DNA of 63,913 nucleotides, the filler included, from Folioceros fuciformis (lineage: Eukaryota), in NCBI GenBank assembly GCA_049999805.1. It is 5 parts of 5 records of this genome, joined end to end, with 100 filler letters (N's around TTAATTAATTAA, not from the genome) between each part and the next. Parts side by side here need not be neighbours in the genome. Positions count along the whole stretch, not along the records: positions 50,677 to 61,943 come from JBNGIO010005959.1; positions 62,044 to 63,913 come from JBNGIO010005992.1; 3 more parts are not named here. One strand, 5' to 3'. The notes under the pieces were generated by a model that was given only the letters and a program-made list of their open reading frames with translations, made no database searches and had not been told where the DNA came from. Position numbers and translations under genes: made by a program. Position 1 is the first letter of the stretch; every line of letters starts with the position of its first letter. Below, in pieces: positions 50,677 to 62,527 of the stretch.

Positions 50677-53600
50677 TGGAGGAGACCGGGTTATGTTCGT
50701 CGCCAAAGGACGTCAACAACAGCGTAAGAATTCTACTAAACCTAAAAACATGAACACTTCCCAAGGTTCCGACAAGCCTGCTTCTACCAAGACTCCCAAG
50801 CGACAAGGCATGTGCAATTGGTGCCAAACGCCAGGTCACTGGGAGCGGGAGTGTAGGAAGAAGCAAGCTGGTGAGGCCAAGCGAGAGCACCGTACGGCCA
50901 ACTCGGCTACTGTCTCGACTAAGGCCAAGAATCCTTCTCAACCTGGAATTGCTCTCACTGTTTGTCTTGTAGCATTTGAGCACAGTCAGTCATGGCTGAT
51001 TGATTCTGCTACGTCCGCGCACATCTGTAGTCACAAGAACATGTTCACGACGTATGAGGCGGCTGCTGACATTCAGCGCTTCGTTCTTCTCGGAGATGAC
51101 TCTGGTCTTTCCATTGCGGGGATTGGCTCCGTCGCTTGCACTCTGGCTGACGGCTCCCTCATAGTGCTTTCTCATGTTTTACATTTTCCCCAGATGGCCA
51201 AGAACCTCATCTCTGTTCGACAACTTGTCAAGGACGGCTCCTTTTGCCTCGAGTTTGGTTTTGGCGATTGTCCTCTATATCGGTCATCTAACCCTCGTGT
51301 GGTTGTTGCTAGAGGTTGTCCGCGTCATGACTTGTATGTCTTCACAGGCCAGCCCGTGCTTCCGGCGGCTGCCTCTCTTGTGGTTCCCTCTCACGGCGAC
51401 CAGCCTTCAAGGAGATCCCACCCTGGTGACGCTCTCCTTTGGCATTGTCGGCTTGGACATCTAAATCCAACCAGGCTACTGGCCACGACTCAGTAGGACT
51501 TGTATCGCGATAAGCTTCCACGAATTTTCTCAACACCTCCTCTTTGTGAGGCTTGTGTGCTTTGCAAAATAGAGAAGTTCTCCTTATCCTTCTCTTCTTG
51601 CTAGTCGATCCACTGCGCCTCTTGATCTGGTCCACGTAGACCTATGTGGTCCTCTCCCTGTTGCGTCTTTAGGCGGGGCTAACCACTTTATGACTGTCGT
51701 TGATGACTTCAGTCGATATACGTTTGCGTTTCCCATCCGTCTTAAGAGTGACTCGTTTAATGTGTTCTCACCCTTTGTTGCTATGGCCGAGTTACAGACT
51801 GGCCGTAACTTCGATGTATTCGATTCGACAATGCGGGAGAACTCAACAACCATCAGTTTCGCGACTTTTGCGTGCAACGCAGTATCTTGCATCAGTTCAT
51901 TGTTCCATACACCTCTGAGCAGAATGGCGTGGCCGAGAAGGCTAACGGCGATTTGATGTCCATGGCTCGTGCCATGCTAACTCAGTCTCATCTGCCCAAG
52001 TCCTTCTGGGCTGAGGCTGTGTCTACTGCGGCATACATTAAGAACAGGGTCCTTACTAAGGCGGTTTCGGGCCGTACACCCTACGAGTGCTGGCATGGGA
52101 GCAAGCCTCTGATTTCACATCTTCGTGTTTTTGGCTGCCCTGCCTATGCTCTTGTCCCTTCGCAGCACCGCGCCAAGCTTGATGCTCGTGCTCGGAAGTT
52201 GGTCTTTGTGTGCTATGGTGATGATCGCAAAGCCTACAAGCTCGTGGACATCGCCACTCTGACTCTAATCTATGCGCGCACTGTCACCTTTGATGAAGCC
52301 AAGATAGTGCCTGCTCTCAGGACGTCCTTGGAGCTTCCTCCTGATGTCTCTGATGGTGCTTCCTCTGGCTCGAGCACTCCCCGCTCCCCTGGTGACATCT
52401 CTCTTGAACACATTGTTCAGCCCTTTACTTTTCCGGCTGTTGGTGTTCCTCCTCCTATGGCTTGTATCCCTCAAGCAGGTTCGGTGCCGCTAGTTGTTGG
52501 TCTTGCTCCTCACATGCAGCCCGCTCCTGCGCCCCTTGTTCCTGCTCGAGAGGGGGACATGGAGATAGACCACGAGGCAGTAGCGGAGGACCCTCCTTTG
52601 GAACAAGGTGATGTTGAACATGTTGGTTTTGATCAAGTGGTGCCCCATGATATTCCTCCATCCCCTCCTAGGCCATTGGCTGCTCTCGAGCGTAGATATC
52701 CCACTCGTGTGCGTCAGCCTAGGCATCTCTGGAAGGACCTACCATTTGACATTGAGTTTAATCAAGCTCACTTAACCTATGGTGATTCTATGGATGCTCT
52801 CTGTGCCTTAAGTGTTGCTGTTGCAGAGGGAGATCCTTTAACCTTACAGGAGGCTTACTCCAGACCTGAGGCAGCTGAATGGAAGCTGGCCGTCGATGTT
52901 GAGTATAACTCATTAATCAAAAACAATACCTGGTCTCTTGTCAGCCTGCCCTAGGGTAGAACTACAAATGCAAATGCAAATGGGTTCTTAAGACTAAGTT
53001 CTGGGAAGTTGAGCCTAGAATCCGCTACAAAGCGAGATTAGTGGCTAAGGGGTATAGTTAGAAAGAGGGAGTTGATTATCAGGGCGATAAGGTCTACTCA
53101 CCCGTAGTTAAACCTGCGTCCGTAAGGATGCTCCTTGATTTATGTGCTGAACTAAACTTAGAGATTTATCAGCTAGATGTGTGCACTGCCTTTCTCTATG
53201 GTCATTTACAGGAAGAGATCTACATGGATCAGCCTGAGGACTACGTAGACAAGGCGTGCCCACACAAGGTGTGTAAACTCAATCGATCCATTTATGGACT
53301 CAAGCAGAGCCCACGTTTGTGGTATGAGAGGATGGACTCTTATCTCAAGAAAATAGGGTTTGTCCAAAGTGAAGCTGACACTAACATCTATGTTCTACGC
53401 AAGGATAGCTCTCTTGTGCTAGTTGCTCTCTATGTGGATGACTTGGTCATTCCAGGGAACAACGTAGACCTAGTCAACAAGATCAAGGCTGACCTTAGCA
53501 GAGAATTCAAGATGAAGGACCTGGGAAAGGTTAAGTATATCCTTGGCATGCATATACACAGAGATAGTACAGGTGCTATTTACCTTCACCATGGTAGATA

Positions 53601-54906
53601 CGTAGCTGGTATGCTCAAACGCTTCAACATGGAGAATGCAAGGGCGTCAACCACACCAGGTGCCTTTGGTGTCAAGCTCTCTTCTGCCTCATGTCCACAA
53701 TCTAAAGAAGACAAGAAAGAAATGGAGAATATCTCTTACCGTATGGCCGTAGGTACTCTTATGTTCTTGAGTAATCAAACAAGGCCCGATATCTCCAACA
53801 CTGTAAATGCAATTGCTCAGTTCTCTGAGAACCCAAGAAAGGTTCACTGGATAGCCCTCAAGCGTATCATGAGGTGCCTCAAGGGTACACCCAATTATGG
53901 TCTTTGCTATAAACCCAGCGGGAAGAAGCGTCTGCAACTCACCTGCTACGTAGATGCAGATTGGGCTTCTGACGCTGATACCCGCAAAAGTATATCAACC
54001 TTTTGCTTTCTCGCCAGCTCCTCCGTAGTTAACTGGTCTTGTAGAAAACAAACAGCCATCTTTTTATCTTCCAGAGAGTCAAAGTACAAGGCACTCACCG
54101 AAGCTACAAAGGAGGCTGAATGGGAAAGGAAGCTATGCGAAGACTTGGGTATAAAGCAGGAAGGGCCAACTATTTTGCATTGTGATAACATGTCAGCAAT
54201 TTCTTTGGTTGCTAACCCTGTCTCCCACGCACGCACCAAGCATATAAAGATACAACATCATTATATCAGGGATGCTGCTGAGAGAGGTATCGTCAAGGTT
54301 CAATATATACCTACCGACGACAACATAGCAAATGTGCTGACCAAGTCCTTGCCCAAGTTTAAACACTGTTACCACAAGGAAGGGCTTGGATTGGTGGATT
54401 GTAATAGTTACATGACACTAGATAAGTCACTCATTTGGTAGGACCTTTCACTACACCTATGTTCCGTCACTTGGGTTGGTGTTTCGAAGCAGACGACATG
54501 CTTCTCTACTGGTCTCTGGAGTGGTGTTCTACTTTGAGAGGTCCTGTAGGCTACAGGCTCTGCAAGAGTGAGGACGACTGACTCTTGGTGATAGCCGATT
54601 TGAAGATGTTTGAAGCTTGGCGTCAACGGCGGTGATCTCTGTTTGTATTTAGGAGCTCTCAGTTCATAGCAACCAGCACGTGTCTGACAGGGAGAGTTAG
54701 AATATAAGGCAGACCACGTGGTTCTGTATCACGTTGGTTAGTCTAACTAGACCTAGTTATAAGTGCAGTTAGTTAATTGGCAGGCTAGTTATAGGACGCA
54801 CCCCTTCGTAAACCGCTATTTAAGGCCTACCTTTGTATCCACCTATTTAGTTGCTAATAGATCATCTTTGATGCATCTGCTTCCGCATTAGCAATTCTAA
54901 CTGACA
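50677..54906 (+). mobile_element. Ty1/copia retrotransposon B (degenerate; gag end, PR, IN, RT, RNase H, PPT, ~210-bp 3' LTR)
   Basis: CNWCQTPGHWEREC; WLIDSATS; WHCRLGH; EQNGVAE; YGLKQSPR; YVDDL; YVDADWA; HARTKHI. Stops and frameshifts present; purine tract ~54689-54696; probable LTR ending ...CTGACA at 54906. Confidence 0.93.
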
Positions 54907-56410
54907 TGGCCTCTTGGTAACAAGAGGGCTCCCCACAATCCGTCAGCATGACATAATCAAGAGATGCAACATACCTGTCAGGAGGACGTGAGATCCTTCC
55001 TGACCTACGAAGCAATGGCACCCCGACCGGAGCTGGTTGCACTCTCTCCTCTTCTACAAGTGAAGGAACTTGTTCCTGCACATCACGACGTTTAACCTGC
55101 GCAGGACGGTTAAGTCCATCTTCTTGGAAGACCACCCGTCGCACCTCCACAGTTGGAGTGGGCTTCTTGTGCATCTTGGTCTCATTGAAGAACACGTCAT
55201 TGCTGCGAACCATCCTCTTGGCCTCTGGATCCCATAGACGGTATCCCATCTCACCAGATTCACCATAGCCAAGAAAAATACATTTCTTGGACTTGGGTGC
55301 CAACTTATCCCGAAACTCCTTAGGAACATGGTAGTATGCCTCGCAGCCAAACACTCGTAGATGCTTGTATGACGGCTTCTTTCCAGACCACATCTCCTTT
55401 GGAACCTGTTCATCCACAGCCCTATTACGAGATCTGTTAATAAGATGCACCGCAGTAACCACTGCTTCTGCCCAAAATCCGTTAGTCAATCCAGAGTTTG
55501 ACAACAAACTACGCATCCTCTCCTGGATGGTCCTGTTCATCCGTTTGGCCACACCATTTTGGGGAGGAGTATACGGGGCAGTCAATTCTCTCCGGATTCC
55601 CTTGGAATCACAGAATGACTGGAAAGCCTTCGAAACATACTCTCCTCCATTGTCTGTCCTTAGACTTTTCAGTCGCAGGCCAGACTGATTCTCCACAGGG
55701 GTGACGAACTTTTGAAACACTGTCAGAACATCATCCTTTTTCCTCAAAGGATAAACCCACACCTTGCATGAGAAATCATTTATGAAAGTGACAAAATAGG
55801 ATGCACCGCCTAATGATACAGTGGGCATAGGTCCACAAACGTCACTGTGAACCAACTCAAGAGGTTTACTTTTGTGTTTACCTCTTGCTCCATGTGGTGA
55901 CTTCGTCTGGTTCCCATACAGACAATGCTCACAGACGGAGAAATCGAAGAAGTCAAAAGCAGGAACGTAACCAAAACGAGACAATATCTTCATTCCCTTT
56001 TGAGACATATGTCCTAACCGACTATGCCACAAGGAAATACTTGGCTGTTCCGTTACACAAATCACATGATCCTTGACAGTGGTTACCTGAAGTGAGTACA
56101 AAGTGCCATACTTCGATCCACGAGCTAACACAAGAGAACCTTTGGAGATCTTCCAAGAATGATCTCCAAACCAACAGTGGTAGCCAGCGTCATCCAACTG
56201 CCCTGCACTAATCATGCTCTTAGCCAACTTGGGAACATGCCTAACATCCATCAGTACGAATGAAGATCCATTGTCAAACTTCAACTGCACATCATCAACA
56301 CCTGCAATCTCGCATGCGTAGTTATTTCCCAGCCGTACACATCCTTTCCTAGTAGCATCATACCTGCTAAACCACTCCCTATGCGGAGGAACATTGAAAG
56401 ATGCTCTAGA
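54907..56410 (-). mobile_element. Ty1/copia fragment C (Tnt1/Tork-like protease-integrase region), cut before RT
   Basis: LWHSRLGHMS; LVHSDVCGP; LRTDNGGEY; PQNGVA; LRVFGC; KCIFLGY; RRSGRISRPPDRY; EPSCYQEAM. Confidence 0.92.
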
Positions 56411-58141
56411 GTTTATGGCTTCCCTATGTACCGGAACGGGAGGGGTTCCGGGAGCTGGGTTTATGGCTTCCCTACGTACCGAAACGGGAGGGTTCTAGGA
56501 GCTGGGTTTACGGCTTCCCTATGTACTGGAACGGGAGGGGTTCCGGAGCTGGGTTTACGGCTTCCCTATGTACTAGGTTTACGGCTTCCCTACGTACCGG
56601 AACGGGAGCGGTTCCGGGAGCTGGGCTTACGGCTTCCCTACATACTGGGTTTACGGCTTCCCTACATATCGGAACGAGAGGGGTTCAGGGAGCTAAGTTT
56701 ACGGCTTCCCTACATATCGGAACGGGAGGGGTTCAGGGAGCTAAGTTTACGGCTTCCCTACGTACTGGGTTTACGGCTTCCCTACGTACCGAAACGGGAG
56801 GGGTTCAGGGAGCTGGGTTTACGACTTCCCTACGTATCGAAACTGGAGGGGTTCCGGGAGCTAGGTTTATGGCTTCCCTACGTACCGGAACGGGAGGGGT
56901 TCTGGGAGCTAGGTTTACGGCTTCCCTATGTCCCGGAACGGGAGGGGTTCCAGGAGCTGGGTTTACGGCTGGAACGAGAGCTGGGTTTACGGCTTCCCTA
57001 CGTATCGGAACGGGAGCTGGGTTGGGTTTACGGCTTGAATGGGAGCTGAGTTTACGGCTTCCCTACGTACTGGAACGGGAGCTGGGTTGGGTTTTTGACT
57101 TACGNNNNNNNNNNNNNNNNNNNNNNNNNNNNNNNNNNNNNNNNNNNNNNNNNNNNNNNNNNNNNNNNNNNNNNNNNNNNNNNNNNNNNNNNNNNNNNNN
57201 NNNNAACGGGAGCCCTACGTATCGGAACGGGAGCTGGGTTAGGCTTACATCTGGAACGGGACCTGGGTTGGGTTTATGGCTGCAACGGGAGCCCTACGTA
57301 TCGGAACGGGAGCTGGGTTAGGCTTACATCTGGAACGGGACCTGGGTTGGGTTTATGGCTGCAACGGGAGCTGGGCTTACGGCTTCCGTACGTACCGGAA
57401 CGGGAGCTGGGTTGGGTTTACGGCTGGAACGGGAGCTGGGTTGGGTTTACGGTTGGAACGGGAGCTGGGTTGGATTTACGGCTAGAACGGGAGCTGGGTT
57501 GGGNNNNNNNNNNNNNNNNNNNNNNNNNNNNNNNNNNNNNNNNNNNNNNNNNNNNNNNNNNNNNNNNNNNNNNNNNNNNNNNNNNNNNNNNNNNNNNNNN
57601 NNNGGGTTGGATTTACGGCTAGAACGGGAGCTGGGTTGGGTTTACGGTTGGAACGGGAGCTCGGTTGGGTTTACGGCTGGAACGGGAGCTGGGTTCAAGG
57701 CCTCCCTACGTACCGGAACGGGAGCTGCATTTACGGCTGCCCTACGTACCGGAACGGGAGCTGGGTTTAGAGCTTTCCTACGTACCGGAACGGGAGCTGG
57801 GTTTACAGCTTCCCTACGTACGGGAACAGGAGGTGGGTTTACGGCTTCCCTATGTACCGGAACGGGAGCTGGGTTTACGGCTTGCCTACGTACCGAAACG
57901 GGACCTGGGTTGACGGCTTCCCTACATACCGGAACGGGAGTTGGATTTACGACTTCTGTACGTACCAGAACGAGACTTGGGTTTACAGCTTCTCGGGACG
58001 ACCTGGGTTTACGGCTTCCTGGGACCTAGGTTTACTGCTTCCCGGGACCTGGGTTTACGGCTTCCCGGGACCTAGGTTTACGGCTTCCCTGCGTATGATT
58101 TTCAGGGCCTGGGTTTACGGCTTTCCAAGACTTGGGTTTAC
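56411..58141. repeat. Modular G-rich minisatellite/satellite array (48-bp master unit plus 24-, 29- and 36-bp variants)
   Basis: Unit gggtttacggcttccctacgtaccggaacgggaggggttccgggagct and deletion variants; two 100-N gaps inside. Confidence 0.95.
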
Positions 58142-61100
58142 TGACATGTTCGCATGAGCGTAGAGAAGTGATTAGATTAGATTGAGTGTCACGGGACATG
58201 TCTTGTGGACTTGACTAGGCGACGGTTATTAGTTGTAACCGTCACCTAATCCTCTAACCTTAACCTGAACTAATAAAAGGTAATTAAATATGACCTGTCA
58301 CTCCCACTCAGGTGTAGGGTTAGTGTAGTTCTCGCCTATAAACTTAAAGAAAAAGAAACTTAGAATAAGAAACTTAGAACCCTAATCTAAAGAAGTTCGA
58401 CTCAAAGGGTCGTCTTCATCTTCGTCTTCGTCCTCGCGCGCCGCCATTGCCTTGCCCTTGCCAATTGCTGGATCCGGAGCTGTACTCCACTTCAGGTCCT
58501 TGCCCGACGCGCGGTTCCCGAGCCCAGCTGCGTGTTGGTAGTGCTTCACACGTCCAAGCCCCTTCGTCAAGATATCTGCAGTCATCAGCTCCGTAGGACA
58601 GTATTCCACTCTGACTGTTCCAGCATTCACCACTTCTCTGATGTAGTGGTGCTGGACTTCAACATGTTTGGTGCGCGCGTGGAACCTGGGATTCATAGTC
58701 AGTGCTATCGCACTTTGATTATCACAGAACAGGATCACCGGCAGGGTTTGTGGCACTCCAAGCTCTGTGAGAGCTCCCACTGTCCATGTGACCTCCTTGC
58801 ATGCCTCTGTGAGGCTCTTGTACTCAGCTTCGGTTGAGGACAGCGCAATTGTGGGCTGCCTTCTGCTGCTCCAGCCAATGGCGCCTCCAGCAAGCAAAGT
58901 CACATAGCTGGAGATACTCTTCCTGCTATCAGAGTCTCCGGCCCAGTCTGCATCGCTGTAAGCCACCATTTGCAAAGCTTTGTGTGCTTTTGAACTGTAC
59001 AGGATGCCCCAGTCCACAGTGGCTGCAATATACCGGTACAGCCTCGTCATGAGATCATTATGCTTTGCATTCGGGTTGGAGACGAATCTTGAGGTCAGTC
59101 CACTGCTGAAGGCCAGGTCAGGCCTCGAGCCTATCATTAGATGCATGACTGACCCATTCTTGGAGGGATACTGCTCCACAATTGCTGCTTCCTCCTCATG
59201 TATACTCCCTACCTGAGCCACATATTTCGTGTTTTGTTCTACAGGAGTAGAAATAGGCTTGCATTTAGTCATTCCATAGCGTTCTAATATTTGCATTGCG
59301 TATTTTGTTTGATGCAGGAAGATGGTTCCTGCTTCCCGATCTCGCTGCAACTGCATGCCTAAACAAAAAGTAAGTGCCCCTGCTGCTGTTATCTTAAACT
59401 CGCTGCTCAGCTGACCCTTCAGGATGAAGATCATTCTAGGCGAGTTGCTTAAGATAATAATATCATCTACATAAATGGCTAACGCGAAGAAGGATGCTGC
59501 TTCACGTTTTATGTATACATTCCTATCAGCATTCAAGCTTTCGTACCCCAGATCCTGAAGGTAAGCATCTATCCTTGCAAACCATGCTCTTGGGCTTTGC
59601 TTCAAGCCATATAATGTTTTCTTCAGTTTACAGACTGGATTTGGCAAGGCAGGAGGGACGCTAACTCCATCAGGTACTTGCATGAAAATTTCCTCTTGCA
59701 GGTTTCCATACAGGAAGGCTGTAGTAACATCAAGTTGCTCCAGCTCATAATTATTAACTGCAGCCAGGGCAATGAAGAGCCTGAGTGTGGTCAGCTTGAC
59801 CACAGGACTAAAAGTGTCATCGTAATCCACTCCTGGAATTTGGGAGTGCCCTTTGGCAACTACTCTCGCCTTATACCTCTCAACTGTGCCATCTGCCCGG
59901 AGTTTTACTTTGAACACCCATCTGCTACCAACTGCTTTTCTATTTGGTGGGAGACTGGTCAAGACTCAAGTCTTGTTTTCATATAGGGAGTCCAGCTTCG
60001 AGTTAATGGCTTTCTGCCACAAAGGTGCATCTGGGCACGACAATGCATCCTTGTATGTTGGAGGTTCATAGCATGCAGAGTACGTGGCCAAGCAGTACGT
60101 CAAGTGAGATTTATGGTGCCTGAAGTCTTCAGATTCGTAGAATTCAGGCTGCCTGCGCGTTCTGCTAGATGTCCTAGGCTGCAGGTGTGCATGTTTTAAC
60201 CTTCGGCTTTGCTGTGCAAACAGCTTTGGATGCGAGGGCTCCTCTTCTACCAGATCATGCATTTCAGCTGTATCAATGCTTGGTGACTCATAAAGACTTC
60301 TACTGGTCACCACCCGTCTAGATGTCCTCAACGGAGTGTGCAGGCTTGGTGACTGTGGAGGTGCTTGTAATGGCACCAACACATCTCCAACAAGGATCTC
60401 TTGTTCCTCGTCTTATAACTCGTCATCCGAAGTCTGCCAATCACCAACAGCTGCTCCCACTGTATGCAAAGATTCAGCTCCTTCAACGAACACTACATCT
60501 CGTGAGTGGACAGTTTTCCTAGTTTGCTTGTTGAGAAGTTTGAAGCCTTTCACTCCTTCTGTGAAGCCAACAAAAATGTACGGACTAGATTTAGGCTCAA
60601 ACTTTCTGCGTGTGTCTTTAGGAACCTGTGCATACGCCTTTGAACCGAAGACACGCATATGAGATACACTCGGCTTTCTTCCCGTCCATAGCTCGTATGG
60701 CATGGCGCCAGGTACTGCTTTGTGAGAAATTCGGTTTTGAATGTATGTAGCATAGGCAATTGCCTCAGCCCAGTAGCACTTAGGCAACTGTGCATACTGT
60801 AGCATGCTGGAAGCCATGGTTTCCAGGCTCCAGTTTTTGTGCTCAGCCACCCCATTCTGCTGTGGCGTATGCGGATTGGTATACTGCCTAACAATGCCTC
60901 TCTGCTTGCAGAAGTTGATGAAATCTCCTGCAATATACTCTCCACCATTATCACTCCTAAGGGCCTTCAACTGATGGCCCGTTTGTAGCTCTGCCTAGGT
61001 AACATACTCCAGGAAAGATGCGAAGGTATCTGATTTGTGGAGGAGAAAATAGACCACACAGAAGCGTGTGTAATCGTCTATAAAAGTCAGAAAATATTTG

Positions 61101-61943
61101 TGGCCTCCTAGAGACTTTGGCAGGGGTCCACACAAATCACTGTGAACAAGATCGAGGGGTGCAGTAGCTCGTGTTGGTGGATCAATCGGGAACGAGGACC
61201 GCTTGTGCTTGCCAAGTATGCATGCTTCACACATACGAAAGTCTTTGTGTTCATCCAATGTAAGGCCTTCCACCATGTTCTTCTGATACATTTCAACTAG
61301 CTTCTTGAAATTAACATGGCCAAGGCGGAGATGCCACAGGAAGGTTTTGGACGGCCGTACAGGCGAGCTCACGGCATTAGCCTGTGTTGTCTGGAGGTCC
61401 AGATGGTAGAGGTCATCTGACTCCAGGTGTCCAGTGGCCAAAAGGTTCCCATCCTCTGTCTCAACGACACATTTTCCTCCGCCGAAGCAAACATAGCATC
61501 CAGACTGGTCGATTTTCCGAATGGAGACCAAGTTTTTAGTCAAGCCAGGTACGTAAAGTACATCCGGAATTGCTAAGTGTTGTGCCGGCCGCAGGTCAAG
61601 GCTGATGGTGCCCTGACCTTCTATCTTATGTTTGGTATCGTCTCCGAGGCACACATACTTGACTGGTTCACTCTTATGCATTTCAGTGAAATAGGAAGCA
61701 TGCGGGGTCATATGTTGTGAAGCCCCGCTATCAATGTACCAGGTATGTGTCTTCTGGCTTGCATAACAGGTTACAACGTTGCAACTTGCATTGTAACCTT
61801 GTGTGGAGGTGACACCAGTGGTTGCAGGTGTCACACTTGAGAGGAAAGCTCGACTATATTTATTCATGGTCACCGCCAAATGTCCAGAGGGGCCTGAATG
61901 GTTACGTTCACCTGCAAGTCGTTTTCTGCAGGTTTCCCAAGAG
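58142..61943 (-). mobile_element. Ty1/copia retrotransposon D (gag end, PR, IN, RT, RNase H, PPT, ~159-bp 3' LTR)
   Basis: WYIDSGASQHM; WHLRLGH; HSDLCGP; LRSDNGGEY; YKARVVAKG; YVDDI; YSDADWAG; RTKHVE. One frame with 3 stops. PPT TGAGTGGGAG (58301-58310), then LTR TGACA...TGTCA (58300 to 58142). Confidence 0.94.
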
Positions 61944-62043
61944 NNNNNNNNNNNNNNNNNNNNNNNNNNNNNNNNNNNNNNNNNNNNTTAATTAATTAAN
62001 NNNNNNNNNNNNNNNNNNNNNNNNNNNNNNNNNNNNNNNNNNN
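61944..62043. other. Artificial contig linker
   Basis: N44-TTAATTAATTAA-N44. Confidence 0.97.
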
Positions 62044-62527
62044 CGCACCTCATATTTCAGGAATGCTTTCCTTCGATTCCTTTGGAGAGTAACTCAAGGA
62101 GCAAAGCCAAATTGGGGGTTAATTATGTATGAGGCGTATACCTACCACAGGGAGAAGTTACTCAAGCCAAACGGTAAGGAGGGCGGGAGTGCACGTCCCT
62201 TGCTACCTCTCGACTTACTTAGTGCACTTATGGAAGACAGAAGGGTTGTTAACACAAGAGGAGTTGGAGGAGGCGGAACAACCTTTTGGAGTTGTCCCGT
62301 TGCAGGGGGAGGCTTTTATTTCTAGTGGAGTGTCGACCCCTCTTACGGATGAGGAGTCCCCAGTTGATTCCGAATCAACCATGGCAGCCTATGACGAGTC
62401 TGATGAAGATAACACCCCGTTGATACGGAGACCCAGGGAGTAGCAAAGGGACCTAAGGCTACCATCAATCACCACCCCTGCAGCCCTAGATTCCACCCCA
62501 ACTGAGATGGAGACAGTAAGGGATCCT

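Noticed and set aside
56381-58157. Repeat-protein ORFs (LGLRLPYVPERE / GFTASLRTGTG) or a CRISPR-like array
   Set aside because: The frames stay open because stop-poor units are multiples of 3. There are no unique spacers and no cas genes, and the context is eukaryotic.
41816-60997. U-to-C RNA editing restoring the TE stop codons
   Set aside because: Such editing is organellar in hornworts, ferns and some lycophytes. These are nuclear TEs, and B also has frameshifts.
23294-62043. Recurrent palindrome TTAATTAATTAA
   Set aside because: It is always centred in identical N44 flanks, so it is an assembly linker. Adjacency across it has no biological meaning.
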